DNA of 64,000 nt from Ruminococcus sp. (GCA_021199375.1 JAJQIB010000020.1:28931-92930); one strand, 5' to 3'. Positions 38,259 through 46,972 are shown, numbered from the stretch's first letter. Notes: generated by a model from the sequence alone, not told the origin. Numbers and translations are program-made.

Positions 38259-38708
38259 ATGAGTGACTATGTTTTCCTCGTTGGTGACGATTATGAGAGC
38301 AGCAACAAGGAATATGTTTCAATAAATTCTGACAAGGGAAAGCTGATAAGCATTGCCCTCGCCGCAAGCGGAATTCCGTTCAAAGGGCGGTTTGACAAAG
38401 AGCGTATGCTGTTCAATTATGACGGTGTTTACAAGGAGTCCGTTGATGAAATTATTGCAAAATTCACCTCGGACGAGTATGCCGAACAGCGTAATGAGTT
38501 AGCGGAGCATAAGGGCGATGACTGTCTTTATTTCCTGCCTGCTGTCGCAAAGCTCCTGCGTATGACAGAGGGTACGCTCCGCCGCAGACCTCTTGACATT
38601 CAGCTTGCCGTCTGCAAGCTGAATGTGGATAACTGGTACTGCGACACTTACACAATTCAGCATGAGCTGAAAGATGCGATGATGCTGATAACTAAACCCG
38701 AAACTTAA
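38259..38708 (+). CDS. Hypothetical protein (element backbone)
   Basis: aaggggg RBS; co-oriented with the recombinase operon. Confidence 0.7.
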   Translation: MSDYVFLVGDDYESSNKEYVSINSDKGKLISIALAASGIPFKGRFDKERMLFNYDGVYKESVDEIIAKFTSDEYAEQRNELAEHKGDDCLYFLPAVAKLLRMTEGTLRRRPLDIQLAVCKLNVDNWYCDTYTIQHELKDAMMLITKPET

Positions 38709-38836
38709 CATAAAATGATAGCTGTGTATGGGACGGCACTTGCCGTTCCGCACGGCTACCCTGTGCAGGCGTAACGCCCCTGCAACAAAAAGCCTATGCG
38801 TGTAGAGATAGATAATCGCAGGCGGAAAGGAGAAAC

Positions 38837-39034
38837 TTGGCAAGAAAGGATACAGGATATACTTTGGCTGAGCTGAATGAGCGATATAAAGACAAGCCTA
38901 CCAGCAAAGCCGTGTACGAAGTGGACGGTCAGCGTTATGCTGTGACAAGCCATTTCGTTGGTAATAAAGACCTTGACAAGGTGCTTTATGACCTCGCTTT
39001 CAAAAGAGCGTTTCAGGAAACCGAAAACAAGTAA
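38837..39034 (+). CDS. tnpW: TnpW-family transposon-encoded protein
   Basis: YEVDGQRYAVTSHFVG..LDKVLYDLA motif directly upstream of the large serine recombinase; aaaggag RBS. Confidence 0.65.
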   Translation: MARKDTGYTLAELNERYKDKPTSKAVYEVDGQRYAVTSHFVGNKDLDKVLYDLAFKRAFQETENK

Positions 39035-39126
39035 AAGTTTTGAAAAAAGACTTGCCATATTCGGTTTTCTGCGCTATAATAGTTGTATCATCGAATATGG
39101 TTTGCTTTGATTGGAAAGGAGTTATT

Positions 39127-40791
39127 ATGGCAAAGCAAACTACTTACAATGTCGGGATCTATGTGCGTTTGTCGCAGGAGGACGAGCGTGCAGGCGAATC
39201 CCTTTCGATTGAAAATCAGAAGAAGATGCTGACGGAATATGTCAGCAGACAGGAGGGCTGGAATCTCATCGAGATCTGCGAGGACGACGGCTATTCGGGA
39301 ACAAGTTTCGACAGACCCGGTGTCAGACAGCTTCTTGAAGATGCAAAGTCGGGAAAGATAAATTTGATCCTCTGTAAAGATTTATCCAGATTTGGTCGTA
39401 ATTACATCGAAGTCGGTCAGTATATCGACTATATTTTCCCTTCGTTCAATATTCGCTTCATCGCCCTGAGCGACAACGTGGATACCCTCGATAGAAACAG
39501 CTCGGCAATGGATCTTATGCCTGTGATGAATTTGTTCAACGAATGGCACGCCGCCAATACTTCAAAAAAAGTACGAAGTGTTATGGCGGCAAATTCAAGG
39601 CAGGGCAAGTATCTGGCGGCTTCCGCTGCTTACGGTTACATCAAGGCTGATGATGAAAAGCATACGCCTATCATTGATGAAGAAGCCGCCGTTATCGTAA
39701 GACGTATATTTGAGCAGAGGGCAAGAGGGTTAAGTCCGAAGCAGATCGCTATACAGCTTAACAAGGACGGCATCGCAACTCCCTCAGATCATCGCTATCA
39801 GCTTAAAGGCAAAGAAAATCCCCTTGTGACTTCACATCTGTGGAATGACTGTATGGTGCGTGGCATTCTTAACAATGAGATTTATATCGGAAATCTCGCA
39901 CAGCAGAGAGTAACAACAGTATCCTACAAAAACCACAAGCAGATACGCAAGGACAGGTCGGAGTGGGTCATCGTAGAAAATACCCATGAGCCAATCATTT
40001 CAAGGAAACTGTGGGATAAGGTTAGAGAGGTCGAAGCATCGGTGAGTATTGGTAAAATTACAAAGGAGGGTGTGATTCGCCCTTTGTCGGGCTTCATGTA
40101 CTGCCCTGAATGCGGATATAAGATGAAAATGAACAGAACTATGCACACCACAAAGAAGCGAGGTACTTACGAGACGGTCAGCTATCGCTGTGGTACTTAT
40201 GTGAGAAGTGGAATGGACGGCTGCACTCCTCATTCTATTTTGGAAAGAGTTATTTCAAAGGTCATTGTTGATGATATTAGAGCAAAGGCAAGGCTTGCCG
40301 TTGAGGACGAGGACACACTCCGTGAAGCCGTCCGCAAGCGCAGACAGGCTACTGCCGATGCGGAGAGCCAGCGCAACATGAGAGAACTTCGTGAGGGTGA
40401 GAAACGGCTTGCACAGCTTGAAACGCTTATCAGCAAGACCTATGAAGAAAAGCTCCTCGGTACTGTACCCGAAGAACTCTGCGTGAAAATGCTGAATCAG
40501 TATCTTGATGAACAGAAGATGCTGAGAGAGAAAGTTGCTGTGCTGAAAGAAAAGTGTGAAAGTGCTGAACAGGCTGAAAAAGATGTTGACAGGTTCGTTG
40601 AAAACATCAAAAAGTATGTCGATATTCAGGAGCTTACCCGTGAAACTTGTCTGGAACTTATTGAGTACATCGTGGTCGGAGACCGTCCCGAAATCAAGGG
40701 TGAGGACAGGCAGATACACATATTCTACAAGTTCCTTGATAAGGGGCTTACGGAAAAAAGAAACATTCTGCTGCCGCAGAATGTGGAGTAA
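39127..40791 (+). CDS. Large serine recombinase (TnpX/TndX-like integrase)
   Basis: IYVRLSQED, DDGYSGT, KDLSRFGRN, recombinase domain, CPECG...C zinc ribbon, coiled coil. Confidence 0.95.
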   Translation: MAKQTTYNVGIYVRLSQEDERAGESLSIENQKKMLTEYVSRQEGWNLIEICEDDGYSGTSFDRPGVRQLLEDAKSGKINLILCKDLSRFGRNYIEVGQYIDYIFPSFNIRFIALSDNVDTLDRNSSAMDLMPVMNLFNEWHAANTSKKVRSVMAANSRQGKYLAASAAYGYIKADDEKHTPIIDEEAAVIVRRIFEQRARGLSPKQIAIQLNKDGIATPSDHRYQLKGKENPLVTSHLWNDCMVRGILNNEIYIGNLAQQRVTTVSYKNHKQIRKDRSEWVIVENTHEPIISRKLWDKVREVEASVSIGKITKEGVIRPLSGFMYCPECGYKMKMNRTMHTTKKRGTYETVSYRCGTYVRSGMDGCTPHSILERVISKVIVDDIRAKARLAVEDEDTLREAVRKRRQATADAESQRNMRELREGEKRLAQLETLISKTYEEKLLGTVPEELCVKMLNQYLDEQKMLREKVAVLKEKCESAEQAEKDVDRFVENIKKYVDIQELTRETCLELIEYIVVGDRPEIKGEDRQIHIFYKFLDKGLTEKRNILLPQNVE

Positions 40792-40826
40792 AATATTTTT
40801 GGGTGTGCTTTTATGGGGTTCTCCTC

Positions 40827-41955
40827 TTTAGGTCACTATACCTCGCTTACAGATAACGACAATATGACCTTGCAAAAGAAGCTTGGATATACATCTGTTT
40901 GGATGGAGGTTGGAACAGCAGGAGGAACACGGTTTACAAATGCGTTGTATTCTGCAAAATACAAGCTAGTGAAATCAAACAGCAGTGAGGATTCGATATA
41001 TTCGTCTAATGGATATAGTATTGTAGAAATGCCATATAGCTACGGACTGGGAATAATCACTGACAGCGACCTGAGTGATTGTGAAGAAATACCCGATGAG
41101 CTTACTCGTGCACAAATTCAACAGTATATCTTTTCATCTCTTTATAATGACAAAACGCTTATAACTGAATATGATTATAACGCTGAAACATCATCAGGTA
41201 TTAGCTATAACAGCAACAATGGTAAATATGCAATTTCAAATGGTGCTTGCATTTATTACACGATAGACGTTTCTGACAGACAGGTGCTGTATGCAGACTG
41301 CTTTGATGATATTTCTAATAATCTGTCAGAGGACTATTATGATAGTCTTGAGGTATCTGTAAACGGAATTACAATATCAAATAGTTATCCTTCAAGCACT
41401 AAGAACTGTTTACTTGAGCTTGGGGAGTTTGAAGATGAAACGGTTACCGTTACAATAAAATGTAAAAGTCAAATTAAATGCTACTCGTTTGGAGTGTTTA
41501 GCCTTGACAGCGAAGTATTAGAGGAGGCTATAGAAGCAACCGACTGTGCAAATTTAACCTATGATGGAAGCAAGCTCATTGGAAATACTACAGTTAGTGG
41601 AGAAAAGACCTGCGTTTTGAGTGTTCCTTATAATGATGGATTCACTGTAAGGGTAAATGGTGAGAAGGTTGAGTATAGTCGTGTTTTCTCTGATTTTATA
41701 TCATTTGAGCTTGACAATGGCGAAAATGAAATTGAAATAAGCTTTATCCCAAAAGGCTTTGTGCCTGGTCTTGTTATCACAATAGTAGGTGCGGCAGTAT
41801 TTGTTTTGTATATCCTATTTAAAGATAGGATTGAATTTAAAGACATAGTAGGTAAAATATCTATTATTGCTGTTGGAGCTGTCGTAGTAATAGGATTCAT
41901 TTTAGTATACGTTTTTCCTATGGTGGTAAAAATGTTTACAGCTTTTAAAGAATAA
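40827..41955 (+). pseudogene. yfhO: YfhO-family membrane protein, 3' part
   Basis: GHYTSLT..., LSVPYNDGFTVRVNG, EISFIPKGF C-terminal YfhO motifs; continuous with 25483. Confidence 0.85.
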
Positions 41956-42018
41956 CACTTGACTTGTTAACTTAAAAGTGTTATAATTGATGTATATCTA
42001 TGAAAGAAAGTGAACTAA

Positions 42019-43212
42019 ATGCAGGATTATAAAAATTTGATTAGGAGATGCGAAACCCCCGTAATATTCAAAGAGCTAATGCATGACAATGTTGTATCTG
42101 GACTTGTGCGTGTGCTTAGTAAAATAGATGCAGGAGATAAGGACGAGGCTGTAAAGAGCTATTGTGATTTTGTTTCCTATCTTTATATATATGGAGATAA
42201 TCTCACTGAGTACATTTTAAAGCTTGTGCTTGAAAATGAAAATCTATATATGCTAAAAAAGGCTGAAGGCAAGCAAACAGGTCAGATGCTGGATGAGTGT
42301 TTAGCAAGTGAGCTATATCTGCTCGAAGAGCTTGCGCAGGTGCCGTGTGAGGACATTCTTGATGCACTTAAATTTGACGGATTTCTCCCTCACTATAGGA
42401 CTAAAAAAATTGATTTTTCGCAAATATATGCCGAGCGTATACATGAAATTTCTAAATTCGGATATGGTATCTATTCGCAATATCATGTATTCATGCTTAA
42501 GGATGGCAAAATTGTCCCTGTTAAATATCCGGATGATATAACGCTGGATAAGCTATCGGGTTATAAGCGTGAGCGTGGAGAGGTAATAGACAATACTCTT
42601 GCACTGCTTAAGGGGAAGCCAGCTAATAACGTGCTGCTTTATGGAGATTGTGGCACGGGTAAATCATCTACAGTAAAAGCGATTGCAAACGAATATGCTA
42701 AGGATGGTCTGCGGCTTATTGAGCTTAAAAAAAGTCAGCTGCATGAAATTCCTGAGATAGTAAATCAAATTAGTCGTAATCCGCTTAAGTTCATAATCTT
42801 TATAGATGATTTGAGCTTTACAGAGGATGATGAGGATTTTGCTGCATTAAAAGCAATACTAGAGGGTAGTGTTTCATCTACTGCGGACAATCTTTGCATT
42901 TACGCAACATCAAACAGACGTCATCTTGTACGTGAAACCTTCACAGCACGAGAGGGAGATGAAATTCATTTTAACGATACGATGCAGGAGCTGCTCTCGC
43001 TATCAGATAGATTTGGTCTTACAGTTACATATATTAAACCTGATAAGAAGCTATATCTATCAGTAGTTGAAGATCTTGCTAAGCAGTATGAAATTAAGAC
43101 ACCTATAGAAGAGGTGAAAAAGCAAGCCGAGGCTTTTGCTCTTTCACGAGCAGGACGCTCACCACGTGTGGCAAAGCAGTTTATTGAATATCTAAAGGGT
43201 ACGGAGGATTAG
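42019..43212 (+). CDS. AAA+ ATPase, DUF815 family
   Basis: ANNVLLYGDCGTGKSS, FIDDLSF, YATSNRRHL, SLSDRFG, RSPRVA motifs. Confidence 0.9.
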   Translation: MQDYKNLIRRCETPVIFKELMHDNVVSGLVRVLSKIDAGDKDEAVKSYCDFVSYLYIYGDNLTEYILKLVLENENLYMLKKAEGKQTGQMLDECLASELYLLEELAQVPCEDILDALKFDGFLPHYRTKKIDFSQIYAERIHEISKFGYGIYSQYHVFMLKDGKIVPVKYPDDITLDKLSGYKRERGEVIDNTLALLKGKPANNVLLYGDCGTGKSSTVKAIANEYAKDGLRLIELKKSQLHEIPEIVNQISRNPLKFIIFIDDLSFTEDDEDFAALKAILEGSVSSTADNLCIYATSNRRHLVRETFTAREGDEIHFNDTMQELLSLSDRFGLTVTYIKPDKKLYLSVVEDLAKQYEIKTPIEEVKKQAEAFALSRAGRSPRVAKQFIEYLKGTED

Positions 43213-43213
43213 C

Positions 43214-43714
43214 ATGACAACGCTTGAATATAGAGAGTGTAAAACCGAGCATGATATAAATCTAGTTTCAGAGTTAGCAGATGAAATTTGGCACGAGTAT
43301 TTTCCTGCTATAATTACAAACGAGCAGATCGACTATATGCTTCAAAGGTTTCAAAGCAAGGATGCCATTACCTCACAAATTGAAAAGGAAGGCTACAAAT
43401 ACTTTGCACTATTATTTGACGAAAATATAATAGGCTATTACGCTGTACACAAAGAAAATGGCAATATGTTTTTATCAAAGCTTTACTTAAGAAAAGACAT
43501 GAGACATAAGGGCTTTGCAAGCAAAATGTTTAAAGAGGTAAAGAGACTTGCAAGGCGTGAGGGCTGTGAGCTTATTTGGCTTACAGTGAATAAGGATAAT
43601 TCACATGCAATAAGCGTCTACAAGCATTTGGGAATGACGCTAATGCGTGAGCAACAGGCAGATATTGGTGAAGGCTTTGTCATGGATGACTATGTTTTTG
43701 GAATTATGATTTGA
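43214..43714 (+). CDS. GNAT acetyltransferase
   Basis: LSKLYL...RHKGFA, LTVNKDN..AISVYKHLG, GEGFVMDDY motifs. Confidence 0.9.
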   Translation: MTTLEYRECKTEHDINLVSELADEIWHEYFPAIITNEQIDYMLQRFQSKDAITSQIEKEGYKYFALLFDENIIGYYAVHKENGNMFLSKLYLRKDMRHKGFASKMFKEVKRLARREGCELIWLTVNKDNSHAISVYKHLGMTLMREQQADIGEGFVMDDYVFGIMI

Positions 43715-43847
43715 TGATCACATATAATTTCCCAGAAAATAAGAACAATATTTGTGCAAACTGATAATTTTTTTCTTATCCCTTGACAAACACACGATAT
43801 TTTGATATAATTATTTAGCACGTTGACGAGATGTCAATTTTAGATAT

Positions 43848-43920
43848 GAGTTATTAGCTCAGTTGGCAGAGCATTTGACTTTTAATCAAAGGGTCCGGGG
43901 TTCAAATCCCCGATAGCTCA
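43848..43920 (+). tRNA. tRNA-Lys (anticodon TTT), CCA not encoded
   Basis: Acceptor GAGTTAT/ATAGCTC, D-arm TAGCTCAGTTGGCAGAGC, anticodon stem TTTGA/TCAAA with loop CTTTTAA, T-arm CGGGG-TTCAAAT-CCCCG. Confidence 0.97.
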
Positions 43921-43922
43921 TT

Positions 43923-43977
43923 AAAAAACACCCGTAAATCGTTGATTTTACACGATTTGCGGGTGTTTTAATTTTTT
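43923..43977 (+). terminator. Long hairpin after tRNA-Lys
   Basis: aaaacacccgtaaatcgt / acgatttgcgggtgtttt. Confidence 0.75.
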
Positions 43978-44036
43978 ACTCATTATAGGCTTATCACGTC
44001 ATATTCTGCGGCAGCTGGAGAATCTTATTGTAACAT

Positions 44037-44069
44037 AAAAAGCACCCACACCGTATGTGTGGAGCACTT
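44037..44069 (-). repeat. Terminator-like repeat, divergent copy C
   Basis: Reverse complement aagtgctccacacatacggtgtgggtgcttttt resembles copies A and B. Confidence 0.75.
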
Positions 44070-44084
44070 AAAAAAACTTGTTTA

Positions 44085-44260
44085 TTATTCGATATCAATT
44101 ATTCTCTCTTCGTTAGCAACCCCCTGCAATTTGGATCTGAACAGTGGAACCACGTGGCTGTAGAATTGTTTTCACCGCTCACGTCAAAATAGCTTTTTTT
44201 ACAAACTGGGCAAAGGACTTTCTCGCCTCTTCTTAGCTTATCGAATATGTTTTCTTCCAT
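44085..44260 (-). pseudogene. Small zinc-ribbon immunity-like gene with a 1-nt deletion near the 3' end
   Basis: MEENIFDKLRRGEKVLCPVC...FHCSDPNCRG; a shifted frame ends ANEERIIDIE*, matching the paralog end IIEIE* of 44981-45166. Confidence 0.65.
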
Positions 44261-44316
44261 AAATAGTGCATCCCTTCCGCCAATCGATATCATTGTAGGC
44301 TTCTTTTACTGCTTTT

Positions 44317-44345
44317 ATTATACGCCTTTTTTCTGCAATTGTCAA
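44317..44345 (-). promoter_or_regulatory. sigma70 promoter embedded in a MuF-linker relic
   Basis: TTGACA-N17-TATAAT; reads QLTIAEKRRIIKAVKE. Confidence 0.8.
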
Positions 44346-44408
44346 TTGCATTTGCTCTTTTTGTCAACTGCTTTAGCAGTAATATTTATTGACTTATGTG
44401 TTTTTTGC

Positions 44409-44437
44409 TTGACTTCCACACACTGATGTGATATAAT
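44409..44437 (+). promoter_or_regulatory. sigma70 promoter of the hydrophobic-peptide pair
   Basis: TTGACT-N17-TATAAT with TGn. Confidence 0.7.
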
Positions 44438-44463
44438 AATAACATAGAAAATAAGTGAATACG

Positions 44464-44570
44464 ATGAGTAAGCATATAAAAGAAAAGCAAAGAGCTTTCT
44501 TAAAATTGCAACAGGCGCTAGCTTAATACTCGCCAGTATTGCGAACCTGATAACAGTAATTAAACATTAA
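44464..44570 (+). pseudogene. Short hydrophobic peptide (type I toxin-like), 1 nt short in an A-run
   Basis: Adding one A at 44478-44481 gives MSKHIKRKAKSFLKIATGASLILASIANLITVIKH*. Confidence 0.5.
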
Positions 44571-44624
44571 GAAGCTCTGAGAAGCTTTAAACTCCTCCCA
44601 CATAAGGGGGATTGCTTTCAAATT

Positions 44625-44654
44625 TATTATATCACTAATATTGGAGGTTGTCAA
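44625..44654 (-). promoter_or_regulatory. Antisense promoter candidate facing the upstream peptide gene
   Basis: TTGACA-N18-TATAAT with TGn on the minus strand, overlapping the RBS of 44656. Confidence 0.55.
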
Positions 44655-44655
44655 G

Positions 44656-44823
44656 ATGAAAAAAACTGATATTTGCTTATTAGCGCTAGCTTCTTCGCTG
44701 CTTTTAGCCATTAACACTGATTGGAGCTTGTATTCCAAAATATCCGTAATAACATCGTCAATCTGTTGCATGGCTTGTGGGGTATTGACTATTAAGGATG
44801 CTTTGGACGGTGATGAGGATTAA
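44656..44823 (+). CDS. Small two-TM hydrophobic protein, 55 aa
   Basis: ggagg RBS; MKKTDICLLALASSLLLAIN...SIC. Confidence 0.65.
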   Translation: MKKTDICLLALASSLLLAINTDWSLYSKISVITSSICCMACGVLTIKDALDGDED

Positions 44824-44980
44824 ATAAATCATGCTAAATCAATTGGCATTTTATGGCTATAAAAATAAGGCAATGTAGTTAATTCGACCATTTCAGAAGC
44901 TAGAAATATGAGATAAGAAATAATCAAATGACCAAAGGAACCAAGCCTTGAATTTAATTAGAGAAAAGGCGGTTATGTAT

Positions 44981-45166
44981 ATGTCAGAAGGAAATAATGA
45001 TCTGTTAACCAAATTAAGGAATGAAGAGAAAATTAAATATCCAAAATGCCATAGTGGAAATGTCATTCCATATAATGCCGTTGCAGAAAAGGCTCATTAT
45101 TTTTACTGCTCTAATGAAATCTGTGATTGGTATTTGCAAATAGACCCAATAATTGAAATCGAATAA
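44981..45166 (+). CDS. Small zinc-ribbon immunity-like protein (paralog of 44085-44260; first Cys replaced by Tyr)
   Basis: LTKLRNEEKIKYPKCHSG...AHYFYCSNEICDW...IIEIE. Confidence 0.65.
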   Translation: MSEGNNDLLTKLRNEEKIKYPKCHSGNVIPYNAVAEKAHYFYCSNEICDWYLQIDPIIEIE

Positions 45167-45258
45167 TTAGTTGAGGTTATGTTCGAATCTGAAGCGAAAT
45201 AAGTTTATTAAAGAGTAAAATCTTTAGTGTATACATATGTAGAGAGGTGGCACAAATA

Positions 45259-45435
45259 ATGTCAGTTGTTATCCCAGACTGTACTTCTTGCAAGCATATT
45301 TTTAAAGAAAACGACAGCACTACTTTTTATTGTAGCGCTTTCCCTAATGGAATACCAAAAGATTATTTTTGGGGGAATGTAGATGTACGTAAAATTTTTG
45401 AGTGTGCTAACGGAATCAAATTTGAAGAAGATTAA
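45259..45435 (+). CDS. Small Cys-rich immunity-like protein (CxxC...C.AFP.GIP...C)
   Basis: gagaggtgg RBS; DCTSCKH...CSAFPNGIPKD...ECANGIKFEED; same pattern as 46973-47155. Confidence 0.7.
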   Translation: MSVVIPDCTSCKHIFKENDSTTFYCSAFPNGIPKDYFWGNVDVRKIFECANGIKFEED

Positions 45436-45674
45436 GCAGCATAAAAAGCATATATAAAAAAACACCTACCATCCCTTCATGGCTCAACGTTCTTGCGGGT
45501 TAGCAGCATATTGACTTCTTGAAAGCGTTGTGATCCTCTCTCAAGAAGCAATTGGGAGTAGATTAGTAATGCTTGACTTTTTTTAGAGTGTATGATATAA
45601 TAAGGATATAATAAGGATATAAAAATGAAATTTTACGTTAAATAAGACGACAGGTGTCAGTAAGGAGGATAACT

Positions 45675-45797
45675 ATGGATGAGATGACTGATATGCAATT
45701 CGAAGCTATAATAAATGCGATAATTCAAATAATCAAAGATAATAATAGCAAAGAAGAAACAATTAAAAAAATCGAAGCCTTAATTCATACGAATTAA
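45675..45797 (+). CDS. 40-aa helical peptide (MTDxQF family)
   Basis: aaggagg RBS; upstream TTGACT-N17-TATAAT; MDEMTDMQFEAIINAIIQIIKDNNSKEETIKKIEALIHTN*; absent from the ORF track. Confidence 0.75.
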   Translation: MDEMTDMQFEAIINAIIQIIKDNNSKEETIKKIEALIHTN

Positions 45798-45895
45798 GAC
45801 TTTAGAAAGTCCAAAGAGAGAGGGCGACAAGCTTGCCACCGTCCTCCGCCCCCTATTTTAATACATGGCAAGCAAAATTTAAAGAGGTGATTAAA

Positions 45896-46081
45896 ATGGC
45901 ATATGATGAGAAGGCAAAGCAACGCACAATGAAGTACATGAAAGAAAAACGAGATAAGCTTACTCTCAATTTTCCACTTGGTGATAAAGACCGTTACAAA
46001 GCGTATGCAGAAAGTCAAGGCATGAGTTTAACAGCACTGATTGTTAAGCTTTTGGAAGAGGATATAAAGAGACATGAGTAG
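45896..46081 (+). CDS. Ribbon-helix-helix DNA-binding protein (antitoxin/Arc-like)
   Basis: gaggtga RBS; KLTLNFPLGDKDRYKAYAESQGMSLTALIVKLLEE. Confidence 0.75.
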   Translation: MAYDEKAKQRTMKYMKEKRDKLTLNFPLGDKDRYKAYAESQGMSLTALIVKLLEEDIKRHE

Positions 46082-46093
46082 GGAGATGATTAT

Positions 46094-46396
46094 ATGAGTG
46101 AAAATCATTCAATGACCCCGCAAGAGAAGTATGATAAGGAAAATACTCAATTTGTAGGCATGAAGCTTAGCAAGAAAAACGATGCTGATATTTTAGAAGC
46201 AATTAACGGCAAAGCAAAGCAAACAGAATTGAAAAGACTTATCAGGCTTGGCTTGGGAGAAAGTGCTGAAAGCAGTGTAGGAATGACAGATTATCAGTTT
46301 AAATTCATCTTATCATTAATTAAAGTGTGCGTTGAAACAATGGACAAAAGCGAAGTTATAGATTTGCTTGACAGCTTCATAAATGAGGCTAAATGA
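46094..46396 (+). CDS. RHH-like domain fused to an MTDxQF helical domain
   Basis: TPQEKYDKENTQFVGMKL..KNDADIL...KQTELKRLIR followed by MTDYQFKFIL. Confidence 0.65.
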   Translation: MSENHSMTPQEKYDKENTQFVGMKLSKKNDADILEAINGKAKQTELKRLIRLGLGESAESSVGMTDYQFKFILSLIKVCVETMDKSEVIDLLDSFINEAK

Positions 46397-46519
46397 TTAA
46401 CTTACCAATTACATACAATATTTGTGATTATTTGAGTGAGATATATATTTTGTCATTTCCTTTCGAAAATAAGGGCTATTGCCGGTTAGGCGATGGTCCT
46501 TTTAACTTTCATCAGCATT

Positions 46520-46586
46520 CCTTTCGTTACGCTTTTACGGGGTCGTGTCCCTTTACGAGTTTAGTTTTACGTCATTTCGGACAATA
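46520..46586 (-). ncRNA. Phage scaffold (GP20)-leader-like structured RNA remnant
   Basis: TTGTCCGAAATGACGTAAAACT...GGGACACGACCCCGTAAAAGCGTAACGAAAGGA precedes a truncated ORF (MLMKVKGPSPNRQ*); position after MuF-immunity-terminator matches the scaffold gene slot. Confidence 0.4.
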
Positions 46587-46641
46587 TTAAAAACGCCTGC
46601 AATTGTTTACAAGCGTTGTTTACAGATTTGGTTTTTGGTAT

Positions 46642-46675
46642 AAAAGCAAGCACCCACAACATATGTGTGAGTGCT
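46642..46675 (-). repeat. 34-bp terminator-like repeat, copy B
   Basis: Reverse complement identical to 19142-19175. Confidence 0.9.
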
Positions 46676-46791
46676 TGAAGCGCTTAATCAGAAAGCGCCT
46701 TACCAACTGCAAGACACCTTCAGGAACCCTTTCTGCTCATGGCAGATGGGTGATTGTCTTCCTTATGTATGAGCACTGAAAAAAAGTATTT

Positions 46792-46953
46792 TTAGTTCAC
46801 TGTGTGTTCCGCTGCGTATTCCACTGTGTGTTCCGATAGGCCGATCATATCAAATGGGATCATAGTTTCTTTTTGAAGCTTTAGGAGACCTCGAATTTCT
46901 TTGTCAGAATATCCATATTCCTTTGCCTGCTTTATGAATTCCATTTCCGTCAT
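46792..46953 (-). CDS. 53-aa phage-type small protein
   Basis: MTEMEFIKQAKEYGYSDKEIRGLLKLQKETMIPFDMIGLSEHTVEYAAEHTVN*; absent from the ORF track. Confidence 0.6.
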   Translation of the reverse strand: MTEMEFIKQAKEYGYSDKEIRGLLKLQKETMIPFDMIGLSEHTVEYAAEHTVN

Positions 46954-46972
46954 TTACCATTCACCTTCCTTT

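Larger units (their letters stand above)
25484..40826. mobile_element. Integrative mobilisable element (~15.3 kb) with a large serine recombinase, inserted in yfhO
   Basis: CCTC at 25480-25483 and 40823-40826; imperfect terminal inverted repeat aagtacaccc / gggtgtgctt; relaxase, MobC, TnpW-like, resolvase; excision restores ggt tat ccc tct tta ggt cac. Confidence 0.9.

Noticed and set aside
45465-45570. Possible RNA motif or toxin-tail fragment between cassette 3 and the MTDxQF gene
   Set aside because: No convincing fold, start codon or family motif could be supported by eye.
46798-46834. Direct repeat cactgtgtgttcc as a recombination site
   Set aside because: It lies inside the 53-aa ORF and is a short coding duplication (EHTV twice).
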